A stretch of DNA of 64,000 bases from Trueperaceae bacterium (GTDB taxonomy: Bacteria; Deinococcota; Deinococci; Deinococcales; Trueperaceae). Each line of letters opens with the position of its first letter. Position 1 is the first letter of the stretch. A program made the translations under genes and the position numbers. The DNA is taken from positions 384,001 through 448,000 of the forward strand of contig OZ243913.1 in the NCBI GenBank assembly GCA_965213705.1, in the 5' to 3' direction. The notes under the pieces are model-generated. The model was not told where the DNA came from. It was given only the letters and a program-made list of their open reading frames with translations, and ran no database searches. Positions 10,133 through 20,052 of this stretch are shown piece after piece.

Positions 10133-11008
10133 ATGCACTACCTCATCGTCAATCCGGTGGCGGGGCGCGGCCGGGCACTGGCGCAGCTAGGGACCGTAGA
10201 GCAGTTTTTCAGGGCCGAAGGCTTGGCGCTGCGCACCCTTGTGACGGCGCGCCCCGGCCACGCGACCGAACTCGCTCACGAACTGCCCGAAGACGCCCTC
10301 GTTTTGTCGCTCGGCGGTGACGGCACCCTTCACGAGATTGCCGCCGCTTGTTTGTACACGGAGCGCACGATCGGGATTATTCCCGCCGGTTCGGGCGACG
10401 ACTTCGCCCACGCGCTGGGTATCTCCAGGACCGACCCGGTTGCCGCCTTAGGCGTCGTCAAGGCAGGTCATCGGCACCTGTTCGACACAGGTCTTGTCAA
10501 CGGTCACGTGTTCGTCAACGCGTTCGGCGTCGGCTTCGACGCCGACGTGGCCTACGGCGTCAGAGAAGCGCCCCTCGTGTTAAGAGAGCGTGGGGCTTAC
10601 CTGTACACCGTCTTGGCTAGGTTGGGCCGCTTGCAAAACGTGCCGGTCGTCGTCACGGTCGATGGTGCAGAGGTTTTTAGAGGCGCGGCCCTGCTCGTGG
10701 CGGTTCAGAACGGCGAGCGAACCGGCGGCAGTTTTCGCTTCGCTCCCCACGCCGTACCCGACGACGGGCTGTTGGAAATTGTCATTGCCGCCGACTTCGG
10801 GCGGTTGGGCACCCTGCGAATTTTACCCAAAGTCATGGCCGGGACCCACTTAGGCCACCCGCAAGTTTTCAGCTACCGGGGTCGCGACATTACCCTGGAC
10901 TGGGCGCGGGCGCGACCCGGCCACATGGAGGGCGAGTTGCTCGAGCCCGCCAAACACTTCCGGGTTCGCGTGCAACCGGCCTCACTGCGCGTCTTTGCAC
11001 CTCGGTAA
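10133..11008 (+). CDS. Diacylglycerol/lipid kinase family (YegS/DagK)
   Basis: NPVAG, GGDGT, PAGSGDDFA and GVGFDA motifs. Confidence 0.92.
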   Translation: MHYLIVNPVAGRGRALAQLGTVEQFFRAEGLALRTLVTARPGHATELAHELPEDALVLSLGGDGTLHEIAAACLYTERTIGIIPAGSGDDFAHALGISRTDPVAALGVVKAGHRHLFDTGLVNGHVFVNAFGVGFDADVAYGVREAPLVLRERGAYLYTVLARLGRLQNVPVVVTVDGAEVFRGAALLVAVQNGERTGGSFRFAPHAVPDDGLLEIVIAADFGRLGTLRILPKVMAGTHLGHPQVFSYRGRDITLDWARARPGHMEGELLEPAKHFRVRVQPASLRVFAPR

Positions 11009-11030
11009 AGAGGCAAATGGCTCTTGACTT

Positions 11031-11068
11031 CTCCCCTTTTAGGGGAGATGCCCGCAGGGCAGAGGGGT
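11031..11068. repeat. REP-like double-hairpin palindrome
   Basis: CTCCCC-TTTTA-GGGGAG followed by TGCCC-GCA-GGGCA-GAGGGG, intergenic between convergent genes. Confidence 0.5.
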
Positions 11069-11076
11069 CTGCTTAC

Positions 11077-11102
11077 AAAAAAAGCCCCGCCGAAGCGGGG
11101 CT
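11077..11102 (-). terminator. Rho-independent terminator of slpA
   Basis: Minus strand AGCCCCGC-TTCG-GCGGGGCT followed by a T run. Confidence 0.9.
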
Positions 11103-11129
11103 GGTTGCTTTTCGTGAGAAGCTAAGTTC

Positions 11130-13934
11130 TTAGAACTCGACTTCGTAACGAATCTTGAAGGCTTGACCACCTGTCGTCGTGCCGAGGGTTTCGGCCGTGT
11201 TCAGGTAGGCACCGTAGGAGAACTCGAGGCCGTAGTAAGCCCACATAAGTTCGTAACCGGTGGTGGTTTGGACACCCGTGCCGGCCTCGTCGTTGTCGGA
11301 GATGTTGGTCGCCGAATCGCCGACAAACCCGGGCGGGGTGTAGCTGCCGCTGACGTTCTCACCCGTGTAGTAACCGTAACGAGCCGTGAACACGCTGTTG
11401 TTGAACAAAAACTCGTTCAAGGTCACACCGACGCTGAATTGGAGTTCGTTGGCGGTGTAGTCGGGCTGTTGAACACCGTCCGCACCGACATCGGTGTGCA
11501 TAGTGTTGCGGTAGTTTACAACCGCCGCAAGGCTGGGCTGCAAGAAGATGTTGATTGGCTGCGTCACGAGACCCGTACCGACCCGGAGGGTGGTGGTGTC
11601 GTCGTTGAATACAGCGTCGTCAACTTCTTCGCGGATGTTGGAGCCGTAAGCCACGTAAGGCGTCAGTGTCAGGAAACCGAGGTCGAAGGTGTACTCGGCG
11701 TCTACATCGAGTGATGTGAGCGCGAACTCCGCGTTGCCGATGGTGTAGCGAACCTCGAAGGTGAGGCCCGGCAGCAGTGCGTTGTCGGCCGTGCCGTCGT
11801 GACGGACGCCGAAACCGAAGCCGGTCACGTAGCCGTTGTTGTCACGCTCGGCGTCGCCCACGTCGAGAACGAGGTCGCCGTTGACGGTGGTGTTCTCATA
11901 AAAGCCGAAGACTTCGACGGCGCGGAACACTTCCACACCTGCCGACACGCCGAACGACACGACGTCGCCGTCGTTGTCGGTCGAGTAGCTGTCGAAGTAA
12001 CCGTCGACCACGACGAAGAACAGTTGCAAGCCGGCCGACACTTTGAAACCGGTTTGGTCCACGTCGAACACGTAGTTGGCGTCGTCGTTGATACCGAACC
12101 AGTTGTCGGGAATGGTGCGGTAGTTGACTTGGATGTCATCGAGCAGCGGAATCGAGTCGGTGTCGACGTCGGCAATCGCATAGAACAGCGAGGCGTCGAT
12201 GCCGACCGTGGTGGCGGGCAGGTTCGGAGAATCTGCCGTGATGCTGCCGCTGCTGTTGGCGTATTCGAAGCTGACGCTGAGGATGCTGACCCCGACGGTG
12301 CCGTCGACGCCGTAAACGGTGAGGTTTTGGTTGTCACCGGCCGCGTCGGCGTTGTCACCGGCGTTGTTCGACACTTGCGCGAACGAGAAGCCGCCCGTAA
12401 GAGTCAAGAACCCTTCTGAGAGAGGCGTCAGGGTGCCGCGGATACCGCGGTAGTAGGCGTTGGGAAAGCCGTAGTCGACGTCGTTGACCGTGATTTCATA
12501 GTCGCTTACGGAACCGCCGGTGATGGTCAGCTCAGGCTGTAAGAAAGCCAAAAAGTCCGGCGTTCCCACGTTGGCGACGAAGCCGATACCCATGTAGTCG
12601 GCGTCCATGATGTACGGGGTGAAAATGGCCTCGGGGCTCTCGCCGAACTGGAAAGTCAGCGGGAACTCGCCGATGCCGACGAAGGTCTTGAGGTTGGTGA
12701 CGTTGAAAACGTAGCCGGAGAAAAGCCCCGTGCCGTCGGAGTTGCCGGCCAGGTTGTAGGCTTGTTTCAGGTCGAGGGTGATAACGCCCTCAAACTCGTT
12801 GAAGGGGCCGACGCCCATGCTCTCGACACCAAAACCGAAGTTCAGGGTCAGCGAGGGGCTGAGTTCACCCGACGTGTTGTCGATGTCGGCGATGTCCTGG
12901 GCACGCTCGCCGTCTTCGTCGGTGCCGCCGTCGTCGTCGAAGTCGTTGTCACCCGTGGAAAAGGGCGAAGCGCCTTCTTCGGCAAACTGCGTCGCGATGA
13001 TAGCGCGCTCGTTGTTCAAACCCCAGATGCGGTCAACGTCGAAGGCGACATTGGCACCGCTGAGGCGGCTCACGTTGTACTCGAGGGCCAAAGTACCCGA
13101 AAAGGTCACTTGGGTTTCCTCTAAGCTCGTAACGCGGCCCTCTAAGTCGTCCAAACGGGCGTTCTGGTCGCTGTCGGAAGCTTCCAGCGCGGCCACGCGG
13201 TCACGCAGGGCGACCTGGTCGCGGCGAAGCAAGATGACGAACTCGCGCAGGTTGGCGATGTCGTTGGCGTTGCGGTCGACTTGCGACAGGTCGGGAAACT
13301 CGATGTCGCCGCCCGCGTTGTCGATGGCCTCGTTGAGGAGCGCCAACAGGTCGTTGATGTCGCGAATCGCGTCGGCGTTCTGGCGCGAGCGAGCGTCGGC
13401 GGCGCGCGCCAACTCTTCGGCGGCGGCGGCTTGCGCGGCGGCCGTGTCGGCGGCGGTGCGTGCGGCGGCGATTTGGTTGAGAAGGTCTTGGAGCACGGCC
13501 GGGTCGAGCCCGCTCATGTCCATGCCTTCCAACGCGTCCAAACGCATCGAGTTGGACATTACGTCGTCACTCAGTGCGGCGACTTGGCCCTCGACGGCGC
13601 TCAAGCGCACGCCCTGCGCCGCGACGTCGGAGGCAAGCTCCTGGAGCGCGTTGCGCAGCGAGGCGATGTCGGCGTCACTCATGGCGCGCATGGCGTCCAT
13701 GTTTTGCTGAATGACGTCTAGGAGTCGGCTCACCACGAGCGCCGCTTGGTAACGGGTAAAGCTTTCGTTACCGCGGAAGGTCCCGTCGGGAAAGCCGATG
13801 ACTATGCCTAAGTCTGCAATGCGCGAGACGGCTTCGCCGGCCCAGTGGCCCGCCGGAATGTCCGGGAAGGCTTCCTGTGCCATAGCGCCCGACAGCGTCA
13901 GTGCAGCTAGGACGGTAAACAACATTTTTTTCAT
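11130..13934 (-). CDS. slpA: SlpA-type envelope protein: signal peptide, SLH domain, coiled-coil stalk, C-terminal beta-barrel
   Basis: FPDIPAGHWA...GFPDGTFRG...TRYQAA SLH motif, heptad region, alternating beta strands, terminal YEVEF. Strongly biased codon usage. Confidence 0.9.
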   Translation of the reverse strand: MKKMLFTVLAALTLSGAMAQEAFPDIPAGHWAGEAVSRIADLGIVIGFPDGTFRGNESFTRYQAALVVSRLLDVIQQNMDAMRAMSDADIASLRNALQELASDVAAQGVRLSAVEGQVAALSDDVMSNSMRLDALEGMDMSGLDPAVLQDLLNQIAAARTAADTAAAQAAAAEELARAADARSRQNADAIRDINDLLALLNEAIDNAGGDIEFPDLSQVDRNANDIANLREFVILLRRDQVALRDRVAALEASDSDQNARLDDLEGRVTSLEETQVTFSGTLALEYNVSRLSGANVAFDVDRIWGLNNERAIIATQFAEEGASPFSTGDNDFDDDGGTDEDGERAQDIADIDNTSGELSPSLTLNFGFGVESMGVGPFNEFEGVITLDLKQAYNLAGNSDGTGLFSGYVFNVTNLKTFVGIGEFPLTFQFGESPEAIFTPYIMDADYMGIGFVANVGTPDFLAFLQPELTITGGSVSDYEITVNDVDYGFPNAYYRGIRGTLTPLSEGFLTLTGGFSFAQVSNNAGDNADAAGDNQNLTVYGVDGTVGVSILSVSFEYANSSGSITADSPNLPATTVGIDASLFYAIADVDTDSIPLLDDIQVNYRTIPDNWFGINDDANYVFDVDQTGFKVSAGLQLFFVVVDGYFDSYSTDNDGDVVSFGVSAGVEVFRAVEVFGFYENTTVNGDLVLDVGDAERDNNGYVTGFGFGVRHDGTADNALLPGLTFEVRYTIGNAEFALTSLDVDAEYTFDLGFLTLTPYVAYGSNIREEVDDAVFNDDTTTLRVGTGLVTQPINIFLQPSLAAVVNYRNTMHTDVGADGVQQPDYTANELQFSVGVTLNEFLFNNSVFTARYGYYTGENVSGSYTPPGFVGDSATNISDNDEAGTGVQTTTGYELMWAYYGLEFSYGAYLNTAETLGTTTGGQAFKIRYEVEF

Positions 13935-14122
13935 AGAATCCCCTTGAATCTTGGTTTGTTTTCAGCGTCGGCAAGCGGTGGAGAAAAGGTTGCCTGAGTT
14001 GCCGTGTTTCCTCAAGCTTAGGTAGACATTGACCTGCCGGGACCTGACAGCCGCTCCTAGCCGGTTCAAGGTGTTGTCACCTCCTTCCGGTGCGACTACG
14101 AGAGCACACAAATCCAGTTCAG

Positions 14123-14151
14123 AGTATTTCACATCCCTATCTTGTTGTCAA
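14123..14151 (-). promoter_or_regulatory. SigA-type promoter for slpA
   Basis: Minus strand TTGACA (14151-14146), 17 nt, extended -10 TGa-AATACT (14128-14123). Implies a leader of about 180 nt. Confidence 0.65.
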
Positions 14152-14338
14152 TGTGTATGAAGAGTGGGTGAGAGTTAAATTCCCCTCAGTAAGCCCGAAC
14201 CGTCACGGCGACGAAGGCCCGGTTTCACTGCTTTCTCACCGAAAACGCAGCTTTGTGAGAGCCGGCCTTACCGGACGGCTCGGTGCGGTTGAGGTGTTCC
14301 GGTTGAGGTGTTCGGGTAGGTACGTTAGGGTTGGAGAC

Positions 14339-14812
14339 ATGCGGTACTACGTGGTGGCGGTGGGTGGGCTCAAACGAGAATTTTATGCCGACGGGGTCGC
14401 GTTGTATACCAAACGTCTGCAGGCTTTCAGCAGGGTCGAAGTAGCCGAGGTCAAAGAAAGCAAGGTGCGCGACCCCGAAGAAGCCAAGAAGCTCGAGAGT
14501 GCCGCACTGCTCCGCGCCGCCCAAGGTTACGCCGCCCAAGGCTACAAGGTCGCGCTCGACGAGGGCGGCAAACTTTTCAGCTCGGCAGCACTTGCCGAGC
14601 ACGTTGCGGGGCTCGAGCTGCGCGGCGTCAGTTCTTTAAGCCTGCTTCTGGGCGGCGCGGCGGGCCACAGCGCCGCCCTCAAACAACAGGTCGACGACGT
14701 CTGGAGCCTGTCGCCGCTGACACTTCCGCACGACCTCGCGCGGCTCGTACTCTTAGAACAGCTCTACCGCGCCGAGACCATCCGGGCGGGGCACCCGTAC
14801 CACCGGGAGTAA
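14339..14812 (+). CDS. rlmH: 23S rRNA (pseudouridine1915-N3)-methyltransferase
   Basis: VAVG.LK, LDEGG..FSS, GGAAG and SLSPLTLPHDLARLVLLEQLYRA....GHPYHRE motifs. Confidence 0.96.
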   Translation: MRYYVVAVGGLKREFYADGVALYTKRLQAFSRVEVAEVKESKVRDPEEAKKLESAALLRAAQGYAAQGYKVALDEGGKLFSSAALAEHVAGLELRGVSSLSLLLGGAAGHSAALKQQVDDVWSLSPLTLPHDLARLVLLEQLYRAETIRAGHPYHRE

Positions 14813-14851
14813 AAACCGTAAAGTCTTTGCTCCCCGCGCCCCCGCCCCTTT

Positions 14852-17266
14852 TTATTCCGTCGGCGCGCCGCTCAAGGCCCACTGGGCGTAGGCGTCGACA
14901 AAGCTGAAAGTCGCGTCGCCCCCGCCCTGGGCGAGAAAGTAGTTCAGGAAGTCGCGCACGTCTTGGGCGGTACTCCCCAGAAACAGCTCTCCGCCGCCAA
15001 AACCCGCAAAGCGACCCGTGTCCAGTTCGGGCAAAGCCGCGTCTGCCGCGTCGGCGTTGGCGCGCAGCTCGGCGAGCAGCGTTGCCAACAAGACGTCGTC
15101 GCCCTCGTTCAGGTCACCGCGGGTATACAGCGCCGTTTCCGACTCCAGGGCGAGCATGGTGATGTTTTGGCCCAGGAGACGCCGCAGCAAGTCGGGTTGA
15201 CCGCTCACCTCAAACACGACCTCGGCCGCGGCGCTGCGGTCTTCGCTCGCCGTCGCGCTCAGTGTGACGGTGTAGGTGCCCGCCGCCAAGTCGACGGGCA
15301 GGTCGAGGCCCAAGCTGTCGACCACGTAGCCGATGGCGTTGGTCGGGACATCTATGTCGCGGCTCTGCTCGGCCACGACCGTGTCACCCATTTTCAGGGC
15401 GACGTTGACGCTCACCCGGTTGGGCAACTCCACCCCCGAGGTGTAAAGCTCGAACGACGGGTAAACGCGGTCGCCGGGGTGAAAGGGGGCGGCGGCTATG
15501 CCGGTAGGACCCAACCCCACCCTGGCCGAGTCACTTATCTCTAAGGGCGGCAGCGGCGCGCGCAAGACCTCGAGCCTGGCTTGGGCGGCGTCGACGTAAG
15601 CGGCGTCGGGACCGCCCGGGTTGCCGTCCAAAAAGCGTTCCAGCGCCTTGGCGGCGTTCTCGCGGCGTCCTTCTTGTTCGTAAAGTCTGGCGAGTGGGTA
15701 GTAAATGCCCGGTTGCCGCGGGTAAAGGCGCAGGGCGTTTTCTAAGTCCTCGACCGCCGCGTCGTCGACCTCGGGGTCCAGGGCCAGGGCCTCGTCGTAG
15801 GCGTCCAGCGCCTCTTCGACGCGCCCCTGCACCACCTGCGCCAAACCCAGGTTGTAAAGGGCGATGTACTGGTCGGGGGCGAGCGTGAGAGCGCGCGTCG
15901 AGGCCGCCTCGCTCTGCTCCAGCAAACCGAGCAGGTAGTAAGACCAGCCGAGATTGGTCCAGTAGAGGTCGTTGTCGGGCTCGAGCCGCGTCGCCACGGC
16001 CAAGGCCTGGGCGGCGGCGAGCGGTTCCTCCTCGTCGAAAGCGATAAACGACAAACGCTCGAACGGGTAAACGAAGTCCGGCGCCAGGCGTGTCAGCCTG
16101 GTCAGCGCGGCTTTCTCCTGTTCTAAGTCACCCCCGTCTTGAGCGACGAGGCCGGCCGTGAGGAGCGAGGCGAAGCTGTCCGCCTGAACCAGACTCGTTA
16201 AATCCTCGGCCGCCAGACCTCGTGAGGCCCGAAACGCCGCCCGGGCGGCGCGCCCGAAGCTGTAAGCAGGTTCAGTCTCGCCCGCGTCGGCGCCCGTATC
16301 GGCAACCGCGTCGAAAGTGGCGGCGGCGAGGGCGTCTTGCCGGTCGCTGGCGTACAGGGTCGCCAGCCAGGTTTGCGCGACGGGCAACTCGGTTTGCTCG
16401 GCGAACGCTTGAAAATAGCGAATCGAGATGGCTTCGTCGAGCGGCGCGACGCCCAGGGACAAGGTTGCCAGACGGCCGGCTCGAGCCGCACTGTTCACCT
16501 TTGCATCTACCTCTGCACCCACCCGCGCGGCGTCGATGTCCTGCAGCAAGGCTTCAACTCGACCCACGAGGGCGGCCTCAGCGGTTGGAGAAAAGCTTTC
16601 CGGGTCCGGAACGGCCGGGACCCCAGAATCCGAATCGGACTCCGTGGTTTCCCCGTCTTGCGGAGCGGGTTCCGGAGTCGCCTCCTCCAAAACCGTCCGC
16701 GCCTCCTCGACAAAGCCCGCGCCGACCAAGGCGACGGCGCGCACGTAGTCGCCGTAGGGGCCGGAGAGGTCAACGTCCAGGTCGGTCTCAGGCAACGCCA
16801 CACCGAGCCGCGCGGCCAACACGGTCACAGTTTTCCGAACCAGCAGGCTCGGCTCGGCGGCGGGCGCGCTCACCGCAAAGGTGCGGGCGACGCCTTCGTG
16901 CAGATAGAACACGCGCGCCGTAGCCCCGTCCTCTTCAAAACTGAGGGTTCCGGTGACGACGTTGTCCGCACCCAAAACCTCTTGCAACAAGCGTACACCC
17001 CGCGCCGAAGCCAGAGCGTCCTGACCGAGGAAGTCGGTCAGGTTGACGAAGCCGTCGCCGACCGCGACGGGCGGCACGAGCGACGGGGCCACGTCCGGGC
17101 CGACAGTCTCGAGCACGGCGTCGAACGCTTGCGCCACCCGGTCGGCGACCGCCACCCCGAGCAACACGTCTTGCGAGTCCAGCGGGTAAACCACCAGGGT
17201 TTCAGCCCATCCCACAGCCCATCCCAAAGGCAAAAAGAGCAGCACCAGAACCAACAAACGTCGCAT
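14852..17266 (-). CDS. Exported TPR-repeat protein
   Basis: N-terminal signal peptide and TPR motifs (YWTNLGWSYY, ALYNLGLAQ, YYPLARLY). Confidence 0.85.
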   Translation of the reverse strand: MRRLLVLVLLFLPLGWAVGWAETLVVYPLDSQDVLLGVAVADRVAQAFDAVLETVGPDVAPSLVPPVAVGDGFVNLTDFLGQDALASARGVRLLQEVLGADNVVTGTLSFEEDGATARVFYLHEGVARTFAVSAPAAEPSLLVRKTVTVLAARLGVALPETDLDVDLSGPYGDYVRAVALVGAGFVEEARTVLEEATPEPAPQDGETTESDSDSGVPAVPDPESFSPTAEAALVGRVEALLQDIDAARVGAEVDAKVNSAARAGRLATLSLGVAPLDEAISIRYFQAFAEQTELPVAQTWLATLYASDRQDALAAATFDAVADTGADAGETEPAYSFGRAARAAFRASRGLAAEDLTSLVQADSFASLLTAGLVAQDGGDLEQEKAALTRLTRLAPDFVYPFERLSFIAFDEEEPLAAAQALAVATRLEPDNDLYWTNLGWSYYLLGLLEQSEAASTRALTLAPDQYIALYNLGLAQVVQGRVEEALDAYDEALALDPEVDDAAVEDLENALRLYPRQPGIYYPLARLYEQEGRRENAAKALERFLDGNPGGPDAAYVDAAQARLEVLRAPLPPLEISDSARVGLGPTGIAAAPFHPGDRVYPSFELYTSGVELPNRVSVNVALKMGDTVVAEQSRDIDVPTNAIGYVVDSLGLDLPVDLAAGTYTVTLSATASEDRSAAAEVVFEVSGQPDLLRRLLGQNITMLALESETALYTRGDLNEGDDVLLATLLAELRANADAADAALPELDTGRFAGFGGGELFLGSTAQDVRDFLNYFLAQGGGDATFSFVDAYAQWALSGAPTE

Positions 17267-17471
17267 GAAAACCTCCAAAAAGTAACCTCAGGCTAGCACG
17301 CGCCAGGTGAGAGGCGGTGTAAAAAGCTCGTCGGGCAAAAGCCGCTGACCCGGCGAGCGCAAAGTGGTTTCGGTAGGAGTTGGCGCGTCCAGCGGCGCGC
17401 CGCTGGACAGCGTGACAAAGGCATTTAGAGCAGGCTCGAGCACGGGGCAACCCCAGGACGCGGCCGAGCCC

Positions 17472-17933
17472 CTAACTGTCCAGCAGGTCTTCAAACTCCT
17501 CCAACAGCGTTGCCGCCACCTTGCTGCTGCGGGCGACGACCAAAATAGTGTTCTGCCCGGCGACCGTCCCGACGATGTCCTCGCGCTCCAACTTGTCGAT
17601 GACGTAAGAAATACCGCTGGCGTGGCCTTCGTCGGTGTTGATGACGATGACGTTTTCGCCGCGGCCCAGGTCGCGCACGAACAGTTTGAAGCGCTGCCCG
17701 AGTTCGCCCATCACGTCTTCTTGGGCGGCCAGGGGCGTCGAGCGATAGCGGTGTTGACCGTCGCCCGCCGGAATGCGCACCAGCCGCAGTTCGTTGACGT
17801 CCCGGCTGATGGTCGCTTGGGTTACCCGGATGCCGCGGTCGCCCAAGTGTTTGGCGATTTCGGCCTGGGTGGCAATAAACTCGGTTTCGACGAGGTCTTC
17901 GATAAGGCGTTGGCGGTATTCTTTACTCGGCAT
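17472..17933 (-). CDS. argR: Arginine repressor
   Basis: VTQATISRD and GTVAG motifs, 153 aa. Confidence 0.95.
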   Translation of the reverse strand: MPSKEYRQRLIEDLVETEFIATQAEIAKHLGDRGIRVTQATISRDVNELRLVRIPAGDGQHRYRSTPLAAQEDVMGELGQRFKLFVRDLGRGENVIVINTDEGHASGISYVIDKLEREDIVGTVAGQNTILVVARSSKVAATLLEEFEDLLDS

Positions 17934-17942
17934 AATTATTCA
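17929..17942. promoter_or_regulatory. ARG-box-like site overlapping the argR start codon
   Basis: GGCATAATTATTCA, one mismatch to the TGMAT-w4-ATKCA ARG-box core. Confidence 0.5.
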
Positions 17943-18011
17943 TTTAAGCACAGTCCTAAGGGGCTTGCAACTGCCGGTGCATACTCCGGTATTAGCTCGA
18001 GCATACACCCT

Positions 18012-19208
18012 CTAAGACAAGCGCTTTCTCAGGATGGCGACCACTCTGTCCAACAACCTGTCGGCAACTTCGCGCTTGGACATGAGCGGCAGCGCCTCGG
18101 CCCGGGCGTCCGGCGTGACGAAAGTGACCTCGTTGTCGCCGCCGCCAAAAGCGGTGTGCGCTTTGGCCGGGTAGTTCAAACAGATAAAGTCGAGACCTTT
18201 GCGCCGCGCCTTGTCGGCGGCGCGCTCTACGCCTTGGTGAGTTTCCATCGCGAAGCCGACCATGATTTGCTGGGCTCGAGCCTTGGCGAGTTCGCTCAAG
18301 ATGTCGGGCGTTCGGACCAGGTCCAGGGTTTGCCGCTCGCCTATCTTCGCCACTTTCTCCGCGCTCGTGTGCTCGGCGCGCCAGTCGGCGACGGCGGCGC
18401 TCATCACAAGCACGTCCGCCGCGCCGAAGTGCGTACTGAGGGCGGCCAACATTTCCCCGGCGCTTTCGACCCGTTCCAACGTCGCGCCGTAGGGTGGTGG
18501 AAGGCTTACGGGACCGCTCACGAGCGTGACCTCGGCCCCCCTGGAGAGCGCCGCCGCGGCCACCGCGTAGCCCATCTTGCCACTGCTCGGGTTGCTGATA
18601 AACCGGACCGGGTCGAGGTATTCGCGGGTCGGCCCGGCAGAAACCAAGACGCGCTTGCCGGAAAAATCTTGGGGTTTGAACAGGTCGGGCAAGGCCGCGA
18701 CAATTTCTTCGGGCTCGGCCATGCGGCCCACGCCCGCACCTTCGTCTTTGGCGGCGAGCGAACCGTACACCGGGCCGACAAAGGCGTGCCCGTCCGCCCG
18801 CAGCGTTGCGACGTTGCGGGCCACCGCCCCGTGCGCCCACATCGCGGTGTTCATGGCGGGCACCCACACCACGCGGGGAACGCCGCTGACAACGAGCGCC
18901 GAAACCGGGTCGTCGGCGCGGCCCGTCGCGGCGCTCGAGAGGGCGTCCGCGGTCGCGGGCGCGACGAGGAGCACGTCGGCCCAGTGCGCAAGTTCTAAGT
19001 GACGGGCGCGCCCGTCCGGCGCAAACCACGCCGCCCGGTCAAACACCGGTGACCCGGCGGCAACCGCCAGCGACAACGGCGTCACAAACTGGTAAGCGTC
19101 TTCAGTGGCGGCCGCGCACACCGCGTGACCGGCCTCACGAAACCGTCGCAGCAGCGCGGGTGTCTTGAGGGCGGCCACGCCCCCCGTGGCGGCGACGACG
19201 ATGTTCAT
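18012..19208 (-). CDS. coaBC: Bifunctional phosphopantothenoylcysteine decarboxylase/synthase
   Basis: APATAD, PAMNTAMW, GRMAEP, SAGPTREYLDPVRFISNPSSGKMG and GFAMET motifs. The usual decarboxylase GxLAC Cys reads GSLAA here. Confidence 0.95.
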   Translation of the reverse strand: MNIVVAATGGVAALKTPALLRRFREAGHAVCAAATEDAYQFVTPLSLAVAAGSPVFDRAAWFAPDGRARHLELAHWADVLLVAPATADALSSAATGRADDPVSALVVSGVPRVVWVPAMNTAMWAHGAVARNVATLRADGHAFVGPVYGSLAAKDEGAGVGRMAEPEEIVAALPDLFKPQDFSGKRVLVSAGPTREYLDPVRFISNPSSGKMGYAVAAAALSRGAEVTLVSGPVSLPPPYGATLERVESAGEMLAALSTHFGAADVLVMSAAVADWRAEHTSAEKVAKIGERQTLDLVRTPDILSELAKARAQQIMVGFAMETHQGVERAADKARRKGLDFICLNYPAKAHTAFGGGDNEVTFVTPDARAEALPLMSKREVADRLLDRVVAILRKRLS

Positions 19209-19252
19209 TGTCAGGAGTTCATTTCAGGGGTTCGTTAGACAGTTAAAAAGCT

Positions 19253-19555
19253 CTAGTCGTCTTCGTCTTTGTTGTAGGACACGCTGTAGGCAGCCGAATC
19301 CAAGCGGCGGTCGCGGTCGACGGTTTGCTTGAGTTCGTCCTGACTCGGCAACTCGTCGCCCCAGGTAATAGACTTGCCGAGCACGAGTTCTTTGAGCGCC
19401 AGTGTCACCGTGTTGCGCGTTTTGGGAGATTCTTCGTGGCTGAGCAGGGTGGGAATCCCGTTCTTGATCTGCGCCGCGCGGCGAGCGGCAATCATCGACA
19501 GGCGATAACGCGAGTCGGTTAGTTCCAACAGTTTGTCGAATCCATCTTGAGCCAT
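19253..19555 (-). CDS. rpoZ: RNA polymerase omega subunit
   Basis: DKLLELTDSRYRLSMIAARRAAQ and NTVTLALKEL. AAGGAGG RBS, upstream of coaBC. Confidence 0.93.
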   Translation of the reverse strand: MAQDGFDKLLELTDSRYRLSMIAARRAAQIKNGIPTLLSHEESPKTRNTVTLALKELVLGKSITWGDELPSQDELKQTVDRDRRLDSAAYSVSYNKDEDD

Positions 19556-20010
19556 GACAGCCTCCTTCAAAGCAGTCCACTATACGCTATCAACAGAAAA
19601 AACAAGGTAAAGCGCAAAAACCGGCCTGCTCCCGACTGTTTCTAAAGGTTTGTAAAAGCGCTGCACGCCGAATTTTTCTTGACGAGCGTTGGGTGACCCT
19701 GAAGCCCACAACCCTTAGCTTTTTCACTTGATTGAGACAAATTGGTCTTGACCTTACCTGCCTTTTTAGGGAAGGTGGCCCTGTGAGCCAGTGGGGTCTG
19801 CTTCTGAACTTGCGCATTTGTACGTCTCAATCGCTCTTGGAACCGCTGCCTCAAGCCCGGACGCGGCGCAAGGCACTGGACGTTACCTACTCAACCCGAC
19901 GTCGGCAGCCAACACCAGCACCGCTCCCGCGACCACGAACACCGCGGAAGGCCCGGGTTTGCCAGGCGTTGAACAAGTTAGACATGAAGGCCCTTTCCCA
20001 ACGGTTCGGT

Positions 20011-20052
20011 TTGAGACCAAGGACTTGAGACCAGTGAGTTGAGACCAAGGAG
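20011..20052. repeat. 14-bp tandem repeat x3
   Basis: TTGAGACCAAGGAC / TTGAGACCAGTGAG / TTGAGACCAAGGAG. Confidence 0.85.

Noticed and set aside
14090..14338. 83-aa N-terminal extension of RlmH
   Set aside because: Overlaps the slpA promoter region. Family similarity begins at ATG 14339.
17364..18998. 544-aa plus-strand ORF and many other long shadow ORFs (e.g. 12778-13710, 26568-27983, 29082-29699, 37403-38308)
   Set aside because: Antisense or off-frame to well-supported genes, typical of high-GC DNA, with no motifs.
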